Below are positions 38,305-48,348 of a stretch of 64,000 nt of DNA, piece after piece. The notes below the pieces were generated by a model. That model saw only the letters and a list, made by a program, of their open reading frames with translations, ran no database searches and was not told where the DNA came from. The stretch's first letter is position 1; each line of letters begins with the position of its first letter. Both the position numbers and the translations under genes were made by a program. The stretch covers positions 124,001-188,000 of the IMG/VR virus record IMGVR_UViG_3300030673_000004. The stretch is one strand, 5' to 3'.

Positions 38305-41300
38305 TGCCTGAATCTATGTCTACAGGATCCGTTGTACCTGGAGCTCATGGTCCACATGTTGGTGTTAGTTCCTCCTCACAGCCATCGGGGCCGACAAGTC
38401 CTTTGATCTCGGGCAAGTCGGCCAATGATTACGCTTTCATGACTCGTGAGATGGAACGAGATAGAAAGCTGTATGATGCCGATTGGCAACGTCGCATAAA
38501 AGCTGAGAAGGCTCTATATGCGACAATGATTAAATCGCAGAAAGGCATGAACCAGAACATATCGGGTATCTCTACGGATTCCAAGGCATTCTGGGCTCGT
38601 ACCTCTGCTGAGTTTAATCGGACTATTCGTGGTATGGCGATCTCTATTAAGAGAGAGATGTCTGAAGTATCTAAGAATCTTGAGAGCTCTATGGACAAGA
38701 TGATAAGTCTGTCCATGCAGAGACAAAAGAAGGCTGATGATGCTCTTCGTGCTGCTGTTAAGCAGGGTGATCTGTATACATATCAATTAGCTTCTTACAA
38801 GGCGAAAAATGAGTCAAATCGTCTGAATCATGCAACAACATATAAGCGTAAGAATATAGAGTTGCAAGAAGCTTCGCGTGCTAAGACTGTTTATGAAACA
38901 AAGATGTCTCGTGGTGAAACATTATCACCTGAAGACTATCGTGCGTATGAACGCTTAACTGGTGAAATACGTGATCTTGAGCGTGAGATGAAGAAGCTAA
39001 ACATGGTTAATATGTTTTTAGCTAAAGGTATTACTGATGTAGAGCAGGCTATGCGAGCTGCTGACATAGAACTCGATTATGCTGAGAAGCACTTCAAATC
39101 TATGGAACAGCGTATGAGTGAGTGGAAAGTTAATTCCATGGAGGCTGCTAATCATACACTCACATTTGCTAACGCGCTTCATCATTTGGGTGAAGCTTTC
39201 CGTGTCCTGTACAAAGATTACGCATTATTCACAGATCAAGCTTACAAGATGAACGGTGTGATGGATTTGAATAATCTGTCATTTGCTACATTGGCAAAGA
39301 ATACAGTTTCTCTTGAGGTATCTAATGCTAAGCTTAGGTTATTTGCTGCCACTGCCGGTATATCCACTGAAGAGTTTGATCAATTGAATGGTAAGCTGTT
39401 TAATACTTATACTATGATGGATAAGTTTGGTAAGCTAGATAATCGCAAATATGAAATGATGGGTAGGGAACTACTTAGTTATAGTCGCCAAACGGGTGCC
39501 TCCTTAGATGAGACTATTGGGATACATGCTAAGCTGCGCATGCAATTTGGTAAGACTAATAGTGAAGCTATTCGTTCTATGCATTCTATCATAGCTGCAC
39601 AGAAAGAAACACAGTCCGCTACATCCAATGCTTTTGGTGACTTTGCTACGTTCAATGATGACTTTCAAAAGTCAATTGAATCTGTAATTGATGGTTACAG
39701 CGGTTTTAAGCTTGATATTTCTGGTGTGACATCGTTGTTCAAAGATCAGGTTCAAGTAGCTGCTAAATTGGGATATACGTATCAACAAAGTTTTGATATA
39801 GCTAAGAAGTTTACAGGTCTTCTGACTAAAAAGAATAGTAGCTATATGTCATATCATACAGGGCAGATAGTACTGTCTCAAGCAGAGGAGTTATTTGGTG
39901 GTGAGCAGGGGCTGAAATCTTTGCAGGATATGAAGCCTGATGAACGTGGAAAATATATTGAAAAAGTTCTGGGAACCGGGAAGGGTAAGGCGTCGGGATT
40001 TAAGACTAGCGATATTCAAGACTTATCTAATGCTGTAACAAATACTATGTACGGCCCGGCTGCCATTCAAGCTGCTGATATGCTTGAAGGGTCTACTCCT
40101 ATGATTGCTGCTAAACTTCAACAACTGGATACCATGCAGCAGCAGGGTCTGGGGTCTGGTCCTGCATTCAAGGCTATTATGGGTGAGCAGGGTGGCCCAG
40201 ATGCTATGCGTGAGTATCAGATGATGCAGGATATGCTAAAGAATCGTGGATCAAAGTCTTATACCCAGCTTGGTGCTGAGTTAAAAGCTACTAATGATAA
40301 GAATGGTGAGAAACAAGCTCCGGATAAGGCAGCTACCTTTTTGGATCCCACTAATTTGTGGAATCATTTCAAAGATTTTTGGGATAAATCGCCATTAGGC
40401 CAACTTGGTAAGTTTGCTGCCGTTCTTACCGGTGCTGTTGTGCTAAACACTATGGCACTCGGTGTGAATACTATTGCACTATTGGGGAATACTGGTGGTA
40501 AGGCTGCTGGCGTTTTAGGTTCTATTGGTAGAAAAATTCCGGGTATCCGTGGTATTCTAGGACCTGCAAAAATACCTGGAGGTGTTGCTGGTGAGGTAGA
40601 GTCCGGTGTACTGAAAAAGTCTAGTAGCTTAGGTAAAGTCGCTAAGGTTGCGAGTAAGTTTGGAACTCCCGGTAAGCTTCTTGCTGGGGCAGCTCTTGCT
40701 GCTGGTGGTATATGGGGTTTAACTAAGCTCTGGGATCATTATTCGAACAAGTCACCTCAGGATCAGTCAAAAGAGCAGCAGGCGGAGTTAGACGCCCAGA
40801 ATTTACTTGGCAATACCGGTGATCAGGTTGACGAGCAGAAGAAAACAAATGAGAAACTTGACAAGATAAGTGACAATTTGGGTAAGGGCGGTGCGGGTTC
40901 CGGTGGTGGCCTAATGGGCACTGTGGGCACTGTCGCCGCTGGTGCTACTGGGGTTGCTGGTGGTTTAGCTGCCTATTTTGGTATAAAGGGTTTACTCTCT
41001 AGCGGTGCTGATGACGCTGCTATAGCAGCCAAAGCTGCAGAAGCAGCCACGGGTGCTAAAACAGCCGAAGCTGTAGGCGAGGGGGCTAAAGCTGCATCTG
41101 CAGGCGCTAAGACTGTATCCAAGTTGACACCGTTTCTTGAGGCGCTAGGACCAATAGCAACTTATTTAACAACAGAAGGTCCTGATGGCCGCAAGATGGC
41201 TGCTGCTACAGGCGCTGCTCTTGGTGGAACAGCGGGATTGATAGGGGGTGGTGGCTTACTATCTGCTGTCTTGGGTACTGCTGGCATGATAGGTGGTGAG

Positions 41301-41708
41301 CATCTAGGTACAGGGATCTATGATACGTGGCTTGCGGATAAGACACTAATAAAAGGTAATGCTCATATGCCATCATTAGCAAAATCACCTACGGATTTTG
41401 ATGCTAATACTGTTGCTGGTGCTGTAGGGCAGTCTACTGCTGGTACTGGAGCCTCATCAGGTACTATTGGTTCTAATGGCAAGCCTGTATCTACCACAGG
41501 AACTCCTTCTGGTGTAGGTACTGGATCCTTTACTAATGTCGGAAGGGATGGTACTGCTGAATTGACGTTGAAAGTTAAAGTTGCAAATATGCACCACGCT
41601 GTCCGTACTGTTTTACGTGATGACTATAATACTCAACACTCTGATTCTGGGATGGCTCGCACTGCATGGGAGCCCTCAGTAATCGGTGGTGCCGTTCCAG
41701 GAACTTAA
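38304..41708 (+). CDS. Tape measure protein
   Basis: 1134 aa; coiled-coil N-terminal half and Gly/Ala-rich hydrophobic C-terminal segments; follows the G/GT chaperone. Confidence 0.85.
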   Translation: MPESMSTGSVVPGAHGPHVGVSSSSQPSGPTSPLISGKSANDYAFMTREMERDRKLYDADWQRRIKAEKALYATMIKSQKGMNQNISGISTDSKAFWARTSAEFNRTIRGMAISIKREMSEVSKNLESSMDKMISLSMQRQKKADDALRAAVKQGDLYTYQLASYKAKNESNRLNHATTYKRKNIELQEASRAKTVYETKMSRGETLSPEDYRAYERLTGEIRDLEREMKKLNMVNMFLAKGITDVEQAMRAADIELDYAEKHFKSMEQRMSEWKVNSMEAANHTLTFANALHHLGEAFRVLYKDYALFTDQAYKMNGVMDLNNLSFATLAKNTVSLEVSNAKLRLFAATAGISTEEFDQLNGKLFNTYTMMDKFGKLDNRKYEMMGRELLSYSRQTGASLDETIGIHAKLRMQFGKTNSEAIRSMHSIIAAQKETQSATSNAFGDFATFNDDFQKSIESVIDGYSGFKLDISGVTSLFKDQVQVAAKLGYTYQQSFDIAKKFTGLLTKKNSSYMSYHTGQIVLSQAEELFGGEQGLKSLQDMKPDERGKYIEKVLGTGKGKASGFKTSDIQDLSNAVTNTMYGPAAIQAADMLEGSTPMIAAKLQQLDTMQQQGLGSGPAFKAIMGEQGGPDAMREYQMMQDMLKNRGSKSYTQLGAELKATNDKNGEKQAPDKAATFLDPTNLWNHFKDFWDKSPLGQLGKFAAVLTGAVVLNTMALGVNTIALLGNTGGKAAGVLGSIGRKIPGIRGILGPAKIPGGVAGEVESGVLKKSSSLGKVAKVASKFGTPGKLLAGAALAAGGIWGLTKLWDHYSNKSPQDQSKEQQAELDAQNLLGNTGDQVDEQKKTNEKLDKISDNLGKGGAGSGGGLMGTVGTVAAGATGVAGGLAAYFGIKGLLSSGADDAAIAAKAAEAATGAKTAEAVGEGAKAASAGAKTVSKLTPFLEALGPIATYLTTEGPDGRKMAAATGAALGGTAGLIGGGGLLSAVLGTAGMIGGEHLGTGIYDTWLADKTLIKGNAHMPSLAKSPTDFDANTVAGAVGQSTAGTGASSGTIGSNGKPVSTTGTPSGVGTGSFTNVGRDGTAELTLKVKVANMHHAVRTVLRDDYNTQHSDSGMARTAWEPSVIGGAVPGT

Positions 41709-41712
41709 ATAC

Positions 41713-41934
41713 ATGCATATTCTTGAAATATCTGAACAGATTGGCTTTTTAGCTGTTGTTCGTTCTACAACAGGTGAAGTTGTTATATCAACTAATCCAC
41801 CTATTTTCTTATCTAATAATGCTCCTCGTATCTTAGCAGATAATAAAGAGACAGCATCTAAAATCATACATACAAGTAACATTAAATCTCTTGTAGATAA
41901 TAAACTTGTAACGGTACTCACACCAACTTGTTAA
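41713..41934 (+). CDS. Small hypothetical protein
   Basis: ATG 41713 just after the tape measure stop. Confidence 0.5.
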   Translation: MHILEISEQIGFLAVVRSTTGEVVISTNPPIFLSNNAPRILADNKETASKIIHTSNIKSLVDNKLVTVLTPTC

Positions 41935-41945
41935 GGATGCACTAA

Positions 41946-42368
41946 ATGCTTCTATCCCTTTTAGTTTCTTTGTTGATATCAGCAGCACCTGTAGCTTACG
42001 ATTCTGGGTCAACTATTACAATGACCGTACCAACTATATGTATGGATAGGTCTGATTTTCAGTACTCTGTTGTAGGGTTAACGGATAGATCATCCTATGT
42101 TGGTATTGTAGAAGCACAAAATACGCTGATAAAGAGTTATCAGTCACAGATAGCTACATGTAGCTCTATTGTAGCTCAGAAGGACATAGTTATTTCTTCG
42201 GACTCTACTAGGTTGTCGTTAGTACAAGCACAGAAGGATATTGCTCGTGATAGTACTAAGGCGGCTATTAAGCAATCTTTTTGGCAGGGGTTCCGTTGGG
42301 GATCGGGTAGTGTTGTTGCTGCTGAGGCAGTAGCTATTATTGTTATCCTGGTGAAATATGCCTTATAG
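41946..42368 (+). CDS. Signal-peptide/coiled-coil membrane protein (possible spanin-like)
   Basis: Hydrophobic N-terminus, central coiled coil and C-terminal hydrophobic segment; AAGGA SD. Function inferred. Confidence 0.45.
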   Translation: MLLSLLVSLLISAAPVAYDSGSTITMTVPTICMDRSDFQYSVVGLTDRSSYVGIVEAQNTLIKSYQSQIATCSSIVAQKDIVISSDSTRLSLVQAQKDIARDSTKAAIKQSFWQGFRWGSGSVVAAEAVAIIVILVKYAL

Positions 42369-45279
42369 TCTTGAAACCTGTTACGTACCTGGTGACTCAT
42401 CTGCACAGTTTGCTGCTTTAGCTGATTCATTAGATGCGGCATCCACTGAAGCTCAAACAGCTATAGATAAGGTTCTTGCTGATCCTAAGTTAACTGCTGT
42501 TTTAGCTTCGTTTCAAGATGGTGTGACATCACATAATAGTGTGCTCACGTCTCCTGACGTATCTACTGTTGATGATCTATTAAACGATATTGGTGCCCTT
42601 GGTTTTACTGCCACAGATCGGGACTATCAAAAAGTAACAGAAGCTAAAGGTTTTATGTTTGTTGATAGTAATTTATACCTTGTTAATCAGTATGATGCTA
42701 ACTCAGTAACACAACATGCACCGTCATCCACATACTCTATTGCTGGATTAGGTAAAGGGGTTACAGATATTGATTTAGATTATTTAGGTGTTAAATCATC
42801 CTCGGATTATAATAAGAGTCTAGTACAAAAGTCTGGTTCCTATAATCAGACAGCTTATAAGGCAAATACAAAAACATCTTCATCTACAACAGGAACTGAG
42901 TATCAGACTGATGGTAATGTTTCTATTATGCGTGAGGCTTTGCGTGCTGCTGGTGGTGATATTGATAGTATGCGGTTAATTTTTGCTGCTGGTAAGAGTA
43001 AAGGTTATGCTGTAGTTTGGTCTGTTGTCTCTCAAGAGGAGGTCAGTGTTGATGATGCGGATACCGGTGATTATGATAAAATTCGTGAAAGACATGACTA
43101 TCCTTTATATGATGACCAAATAACATTTTATGCTTCTAAAAAAATAGCTATTGTTTCTCAGGAAACTTTTGTAGGTATAAACATATCAAAAGATTCTGCT
43201 GTTACTGCTGTTAAGGCTACCTATAAGAGTAAGCACGGTGTAGAGTTAGCATACGACCCATCGTTGTTTTGTCGCGTATTCAAATTTTGCTTAAATAATG
43301 TTATTAGCTCAGCTCCTTTATTTATTACCGCAGGTCTAGATGTATCTAAATTAAGTTCTACCAGTTATTCTTTAGGCATCTCTATATCTGGGTATGCTAT
43401 TGTAGTTGATGTAACAGGTGATCGGGGTACAGGCACAATTGGTACATATACAGCCCAGTCTGTAGCATCTTGTATTACAGCGCAGCTTGGGGATATATTA
43501 AGTGTACGTGTTTTTGGCAATGAAATTGTTTTTACAGCAAAAGTAAAAGGCTCATCTGCGTTTATTCAGTTTTTTGATACAACATACAGTGCCTCATCTG
43601 TTTTAGGGATAGACGGGTCTATCTATCAATTACAAACTATAGCTAAAACTAAATCTTCGGCCTCGTCTTTAAGAACTCTTAAGTCTCTTGTTGTTGGTGG
43701 TGGGGCATCTAATCTGGCAGATACTGCACTATCTGGGACACTTTACTCAGATTGCAGCCGTTATGGTTTTACAGATGAACAAAAGAAAGCGTTGATTAAT
43801 GGTGCATATTATTGGACTTCTTTGAATTCATACTCATCACGTTCTAAGGTTGCATTTACTGCAGTAGCTTCAGATCTAGCTGCTGTTACAACTACGATAA
43901 ATAAAACTAAATATATAAATGATACAAAAGATGCTATTGCTTTATTAGGGCAGGATACATTTTTTATGGAAATGCCTGAGATAGATGTCAGACTCTTAGA
44001 TTTGTTTATAGCGGAATTTGAGACTACTGGAGTTGTTTCTTTATTAGCTGAGCGGATTAATGTATATGATTTATCATTTAACATACCTGTATCTGTTGGT
44101 TTTTCTTACTTAGGTCAAGTAGTTGAGAAATCATCTTCATCTGGCGGCGTTAGTACAGTACAAACACAAGTTAGCTATATTACGGCCTTTCATGAGAATA
44201 TATCACCTGTTTGGAAACTCTATAATGAGATTGATTGGTTGGAGTCGCGTGCATCTGATCTTGATACAGATGATTTTATTTCAGAATTGGCTACAGATCT
44301 TGGATTAGCTGCAGGTGTTACGTATACAACATCATCTACTACCTCTGTTGGTGATTCCTCATCAAGTTCTACAAATGTTGGTGATTTTGACTTAGCCTTA
44401 CGCATGCAAGATCCTAATTGGGGAAATAGCATTCTAGATGCTATTGCTGCCGCTAGTGTAATTACAATACCACAGGCTTGGCTTAATAAACAGGAAGCTA
44501 AGGTAGATAAATATCTTACGGGTATTGAGAATGATATTACAGACTGGATGGATGACAAGATGTCATCTCTTCTCGGCACTTTAGGTCTTGACGATGACAT
44601 AGCTGAAGCTCTTCGTAATTATAAACGATTACTGAATGGGCTCAAGACTATTACTCGTGTGCTGAAAACAGCTACTGCTTTTGTACAGCGTCAGCAGCAA
44701 GTATATAAGAACATACTTAAAATACTAAACGCCGGTATTAATTTCACATCAAATATGTATGCTAATTTTGAGATCAATACAAAATATGTTAGTTGCTATG
44801 CGTCTGGTAGCGGTAGTGTTGCATTGTCCGCTGCTTTTCAGAAATTAGTTAACGTTTTGAATAAAATTCTTGAATATATTAACAATATGCTTATGAAATT
44901 AGCGAAAATCGTGGATAAGTTCTTTACAGCACTTAACTGTACTATACAGACACTGTTCTCGTTTTTCTCTGCAACACTCTCATACTCTACGACAGCAGCA
45001 GGTGCCTACTCTGTACTTGGGGTGTCTCTTACGGTCAGTACTCAATTACACTGTACTATTAGCCTAGGTTATACGCCAGATACAACATTGATAACTTTGC
45101 TTGGTCAGGTGCAAAATCAGATCAATGCTTTGATAGGATCGTTACACTTAAGCACGATTACCATACATACGCATGCTGACACGACAGACTCACTTAAGGC
45201 CAAGGTCGCGGGCATAGGTGTAGGGGACTTGATTTCTCAGTTTGAGCAGAAGTTGGCTGCTCTTAAGAACTGTATTTAG
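42358..45279 (+). CDS. Large putative tail/baseplate-associated protein
   Basis: 973 aa, Ser/Thr-rich, with an internal beta module and a helical C-terminus; located after the tape measure gene. Confidence 0.5.
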   Translation: MPYSLETCYVPGDSSAQFAALADSLDAASTEAQTAIDKVLADPKLTAVLASFQDGVTSHNSVLTSPDVSTVDDLLNDIGALGFTATDRDYQKVTEAKGFMFVDSNLYLVNQYDANSVTQHAPSSTYSIAGLGKGVTDIDLDYLGVKSSSDYNKSLVQKSGSYNQTAYKANTKTSSSTTGTEYQTDGNVSIMREALRAAGGDIDSMRLIFAAGKSKGYAVVWSVVSQEEVSVDDADTGDYDKIRERHDYPLYDDQITFYASKKIAIVSQETFVGINISKDSAVTAVKATYKSKHGVELAYDPSLFCRVFKFCLNNVISSAPLFITAGLDVSKLSSTSYSLGISISGYAIVVDVTGDRGTGTIGTYTAQSVASCITAQLGDILSVRVFGNEIVFTAKVKGSSAFIQFFDTTYSASSVLGIDGSIYQLQTIAKTKSSASSLRTLKSLVVGGGASNLADTALSGTLYSDCSRYGFTDEQKKALINGAYYWTSLNSYSSRSKVAFTAVASDLAAVTTTINKTKYINDTKDAIALLGQDTFFMEMPEIDVRLLDLFIAEFETTGVVSLLAERINVYDLSFNIPVSVGFSYLGQVVEKSSSSGGVSTVQTQVSYITAFHENISPVWKLYNEIDWLESRASDLDTDDFISELATDLGLAAGVTYTTSSTTSVGDSSSSSTNVGDFDLALRMQDPNWGNSILDAIAAASVITIPQAWLNKQEAKVDKYLTGIENDITDWMDDKMSSLLGTLGLDDDIAEALRNYKRLLNGLKTITRVLKTATAFVQRQQQVYKNILKILNAGINFTSNMYANFEINTKYVSCYASGSGSVALSAAFQKLVNVLNKILEYINNMLMKLAKIVDKFFTALNCTIQTLFSFFSATLSYSTTAAGAYSVLGVSLTVSTQLHCTISLGYTPDTTLITLLGQVQNQINALIGSLHLSTITIHTHADTTDSLKAKVAGIGVGDLISQFEQKLAALKNCI

Positions 45280-45282
45280 CAC

Positions 45283-45311
45283 TTGACAGAGGTACATACT
45301 TAGTGTAACTT
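45283..45311 (+). promoter_or_regulatory. sigma70-type promoter with TACA-N7-TGTA
   Basis: TTGACA-gaggtacatacttagtg-TAACTT. Confidence 0.7.
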
Positions 45312-45370
45312 TGCTCTGTGCCATGTTTTAGTCTTACTAACGCAACTCGGGTTTCAGGATAATCCATTCG

Positions 45371-45766
45371 ATGTCCTTATATGATCCCGATCTGGTAGAA
45401 AGTAGAAACTACTATTTAGCACTACTGCGTGATTGCTCAGACTCGGCTATCTCCCGTTGCTACGAGTTGGCTATTTTATCTGTTGTCTTGCCTTGTAGCG
45501 TCTTCTTCTTCCTTCTCTGCCTGTATCATGTGGCACTTATTTCATATCTGTGCTTTATGCTTCTATCCTGCGCGTGTCCCTTAGTGTGTTTACCCTTTGC
45601 TCGAAGTGCTGCAAAGTTTCAACAAAGGCAGGGTTTGTTCCTTCTCCAGGAACGTTCTGAGAACAGTTGGCCTGCATGGCGAGCTTCTGTGTATCGGGCT
45701 CGTAGTTCTGTTCTTTTGGCTTACAGGCGACGGTATTTTAGTTTCTTTAGGGGCTACTTTGGATAA
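45371..45766 (+). CDS. Membrane protein
   Basis: 131 aa with a Cys/Leu-rich hydrophobic core; overlaps the next ORF, so boundaries are uncertain. Confidence 0.45.
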   Translation: MSLYDPDLVESRNYYLALLRDCSDSAISRCYELAILSVVLPCSVFFFLLCLYHVALISYLCFMLLSCACPLVCLPFARSAAKFQQRQGLFLLQERSENSWPAWRASVYRARSSVLLAYRRRYFSFFRGYFG

Positions 45767-46118
45767 GTCTGTGTACTCAACATTGCTTCAGAAGTGCTTG
45801 AATAGGATTCTACTGCGACTTGCCTGTACTTTCGTTGCAAGCGTTGTTGGCATGTTTGCGGTTGCCTGCACTGGTTATATGTTGTTTCCTACTGGAAGTG
45901 CTCTGCTCCAGATACTCGGGATTATAATCAATAGTTCTGGTTGGTCTTGCTGTTTGTATTTTTTGTGGAGTCACTGTTCCGCTTTGCTGGTGGAGTATCG
46001 TGCTCTATCTCACGACCTTTTTGCTGAGCAGGAGGATCCATGGGAATCCTGTCTTGCGCTAGATATGGCATGTTTCTTCTTGCATAAGAACTACTTGTCT
46101 TTATCTAAGATAATTTGA
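45597..46118 (+). CDS. Membrane protein (true start probably downstream of 45597)
   Basis: Hydrophobic segments in the C-terminal half; ends just before a promoter. Confidence 0.45.
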   Translation: MLEVLQSFNKGRVCSFSRNVLRTVGLHGELLCIGLVVLFFWLTGDGILVSLGATLDKSVYSTLLQKCLNRILLRLACTFVASVVGMFAVACTGYMLFPTGSALLQILGIIINSSGWSCCLYFLWSHCSALLVEYRALSHDLFAEQEDPWESCLALDMACFFLHKNYLSLSKII

Positions 46119-46126
46119 CGTAGGGC

Positions 46127-46155
46127 TTGACAAGTATGCAAGTTAAGTGTATCTT
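46127..46155 (+). promoter_or_regulatory. sigma70-type promoter with TGCA-N7-TGTA
   Basis: TTGACA-agtatgcaagttaagtg-TATCTT. Confidence 0.75.
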
Positions 46156-46185
46156 TTACTAACACTCAACAGCATAAGGAAATCA

Positions 46186-46434
46186 ATGCCAACAGCTAGT
46201 TCTAGAGATGATAAGTCTCCTAATTTGATTCTTCGTCTTACTTTGGCTGCTGTAGCAGCTCTTGTGATCATCTTGTGGTTGGGGGTTGTTGGCCCTTACT
46301 GCATGTCGTCACGTAATGATACTTTGGTGATCGCTTGGCCGGTCGCTACCATCCTCGGTGTGCTTGCTGGAGCAATCTATGCAATTCACTGGGTTTCCAC
46401 CAACACAGAAAGAAAGGATAGTAATCATGAATAG
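46186..46434 (+). CDS. Small two-TM membrane protein upstream of SPFH
   Basis: ATG 46186 after AAGGA; two hydrophobic helices. Confidence 0.65.
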   Translation: MPTASSRDDKSPNLILRLTLAAVAALVIILWLGVVGPYCMSSRNDTLVIAWPVATILGVLAGAIYAIHWVSTNTERKDSNHE

Positions 46435-47329
46435 GTCGTTGAAGGCAGACCTCATTGCGGGTATTGCGGGTATTGCCGCTCTTGTGGTCCTCTTGGGTTT
46501 GCTGTACGGAGGTATCATTCGAACTCCGAAGAATATCCCGCCAGGCAATGTTGGCATCGTCGTAGACAAGTACGGCTCGAATGCTGGTGTGGAAAAGAAC
46601 GTGGTGTACCCTGGCACGATCTGGCCGACTTTCAATCAGCATGTGTATCTGTATCCGACGTTCCGACAGACGAAGAACTTCGTGAAGTCTCCGGATGAGG
46701 ACAGTAAGACTGATGAGTCTTTTGTCTTCAAGTCTGCCGATGGTATTCAGTTCCGTGCTGATGTTGGTGTTTCGTATAACTTGGATCCTCGCTATGTGCC
46801 TCATCTGTTCCAGTTGTATCGTGGTGGTTTGAACGAGATCAATCAGCGGGTATTCCGCAATATCCTTCGTAAGGATCTGATCTATTACGGGGGTAAGGAT
46901 TCGGCTACTACTCTGATTGGTGCTGGTGTCTCTACTCTGTTTGACAGTATCCAGGCATCGCTTACTCGTCAGGTTGCTGGTCTTGGTGTGGTTCAGGTTG
47001 AGGTTTTTGTTCTTGGCGACTTGGCACCTACGGATGCTAAGTATGCTGAGTCTATCTCTAGCAAGGCTATTGAGGCACAGAAGGCTGCTGCTTCACAGGC
47101 TAAGATCCAGACGGCTCGTATGGATTCCAGTAGCAAGGTTATTGCAGCCGCAGGTGAGGCAGAATCCAATCGACGCATCGCTTCGTCCATCACACCTGAG
47201 CTCATTGACTACATCAAGGCCAATGCCTGGAATGGTGCCAATCCTCAGGTTGTATCTGGGGCTGGCGGCGGTGTGATTGTGCAGTTGCCAACTAGCGCTG
47301 CTGCAGCTTCAGGTAAGCATCACAAGTAG
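46427..47329 (+). CDS. SPFH/Band-7 domain membrane protein
   Basis: N-terminal TM, IPPGNVGIVVDKYG, VYLYPTF.Q, FKSADG....ADVGVSY and a C-terminal coiled coil; ATG 46427 after AAGGA. Confidence 0.9.
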   Translation: MNRSLKADLIAGIAGIAALVVLLGLLYGGIIRTPKNIPPGNVGIVVDKYGSNAGVEKNVVYPGTIWPTFNQHVYLYPTFRQTKNFVKSPDEDSKTDESFVFKSADGIQFRADVGVSYNLDPRYVPHLFQLYRGGLNEINQRVFRNILRKDLIYYGGKDSATTLIGAGVSTLFDSIQASLTRQVAGLGVVQVEVFVLGDLAPTDAKYAESISSKAIEAQKAAASQAKIQTARMDSSSKVIAAAGEAESNRRIASSITPELIDYIKANAWNGANPQVVSGAGGGVIVQLPTSAAAASGKHHK

Positions 47330-47343
47330 TTCTACCAAAGTGA

Positions 47344-47372
47344 TTGACAGTGCATCTATGTAATGCTATACT
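47344..47372 (+). promoter_or_regulatory. sigma70-type promoter
   Basis: TTGACA-17 nt-TATACT. Confidence 0.75.
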
Positions 47373-47403
47373 AAGGATCTACCAATGTTGGTAGATCCTT
47401 TTT
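47373..47403 (+). terminator. Perfect 13-bp inverted repeat/terminator directly after the -10 element
   Basis: AAGGATCTACCAA-TG-TTGGTAGATCCTT followed by TTT. Confidence 0.75.
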
Positions 47404-47437
47404 GGTTTATACTTCTTGGGGTGATCAGGAGATACTG

Positions 47438-47800
47438 ATGAAGCTCTTAATTGTAGATGACAGCCTAGACATCCTTTCTGGCATTACAGAATACTTGTCC
47501 CTGGTTCATACAGTTACTGCTTTTGGTGATTCTAGTGAGGCTTTTGATTACATGCAACAACAGCATCTTATTGATCTCCTGATTACAGATTATGAAATGC
47601 CTGGTTACTCTGGGTTGCAGTTAGCTGAGGCTGCTTCTACACTGTTTCCAGCCGTGCCTGTAATTGTGATGACAGGTGCTTCGGATATCTCTTCACTTGA
47701 GAGGAGTCTTTATATTCAGCATATCTTACGCAAACCTTTTTCCCTTAGTAAGGTAGCAGCTATCGTTCAGAGATTTGCTGCTGAGTTAATGCTTGATTAA
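47438..47800 (+). CDS. Single-domain response regulator (CheY-like receiver)
   Basis: LLIVDD, LLITDYEMPGYSG (phospho-Asp), VIVMTG and LRKPF; AGGAG SD; no output domain. Confidence 0.9.
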   Translation: MKLLIVDDSLDILSGITEYLSLVHTVTAFGDSSEAFDYMQQQHLIDLLITDYEMPGYSGLQLAEAASTLFPAVPVIVMTGASDISSLERSLYIQHILRKPFSLSKVAAIVQRFAAELMLD

Positions 47801-47817
47801 ATAATCGAGGTGCTCTT

Positions 47818-48348
47818 ATGTCAAAGAAGCGACCTCAAGAACCTGTTCTTGAGTTTTTTATTGTTAAGGCTGCTGATGGTAGATACTTCAAATCTCGTGG
47901 TAGCTTGGTGGATAAGAACTGGGTAACTGATATACATAATGCTCAAGTGTACTTAACTGCGGGACCCGCAAAAGCACAAGTTACTTGGCTTCTACATAAC
48001 TGTCCAGAGCTTGGCGTCCCTGAAGTCGTTGTTTTAGAGGCACGCTTGGCTGGTTCTATAAAAACTAAAGTTGGTGCAAAACTGTCGGCTGCTTATGAAC
48101 GATTGACCGAACGTTTGCAGTCTTATGATTCAGATATCCAAGATCTAGAGCTAGAAATTTCTGATTCTGATTCTGATATTGCGCGTAAATTGTTAGGGAA
48201 TCAGGTGGCCGACTTGAAGGCCAAACGTCGCAAGGTAGACCGTGATGCCTCTGTAATGCATAACCGTCTATCTCGTGTCAGAACTACGCTCAGGAGATCC
48301 GATGCAGATTTTGACTTCGAAAGACACTCTAGGGAAGACGCTAGTTAA
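47818..48348 (+). CDS. Hypothetical protein with a C-terminal coiled coil
   Basis: 176 aa, GAGGT SD. Confidence 0.65.
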   Translation: MSKKRPQEPVLEFFIVKAADGRYFKSRGSLVDKNWVTDIHNAQVYLTAGPAKAQVTWLLHNCPELGVPEVVVLEARLAGSIKTKVGAKLSAAYERLTERLQSYDSDIQDLELEISDSDSDIARKLLGNQVADLKAKRRKVDRDASVMHNRLSRVRTTLRRSDADFDFERHSREDAS

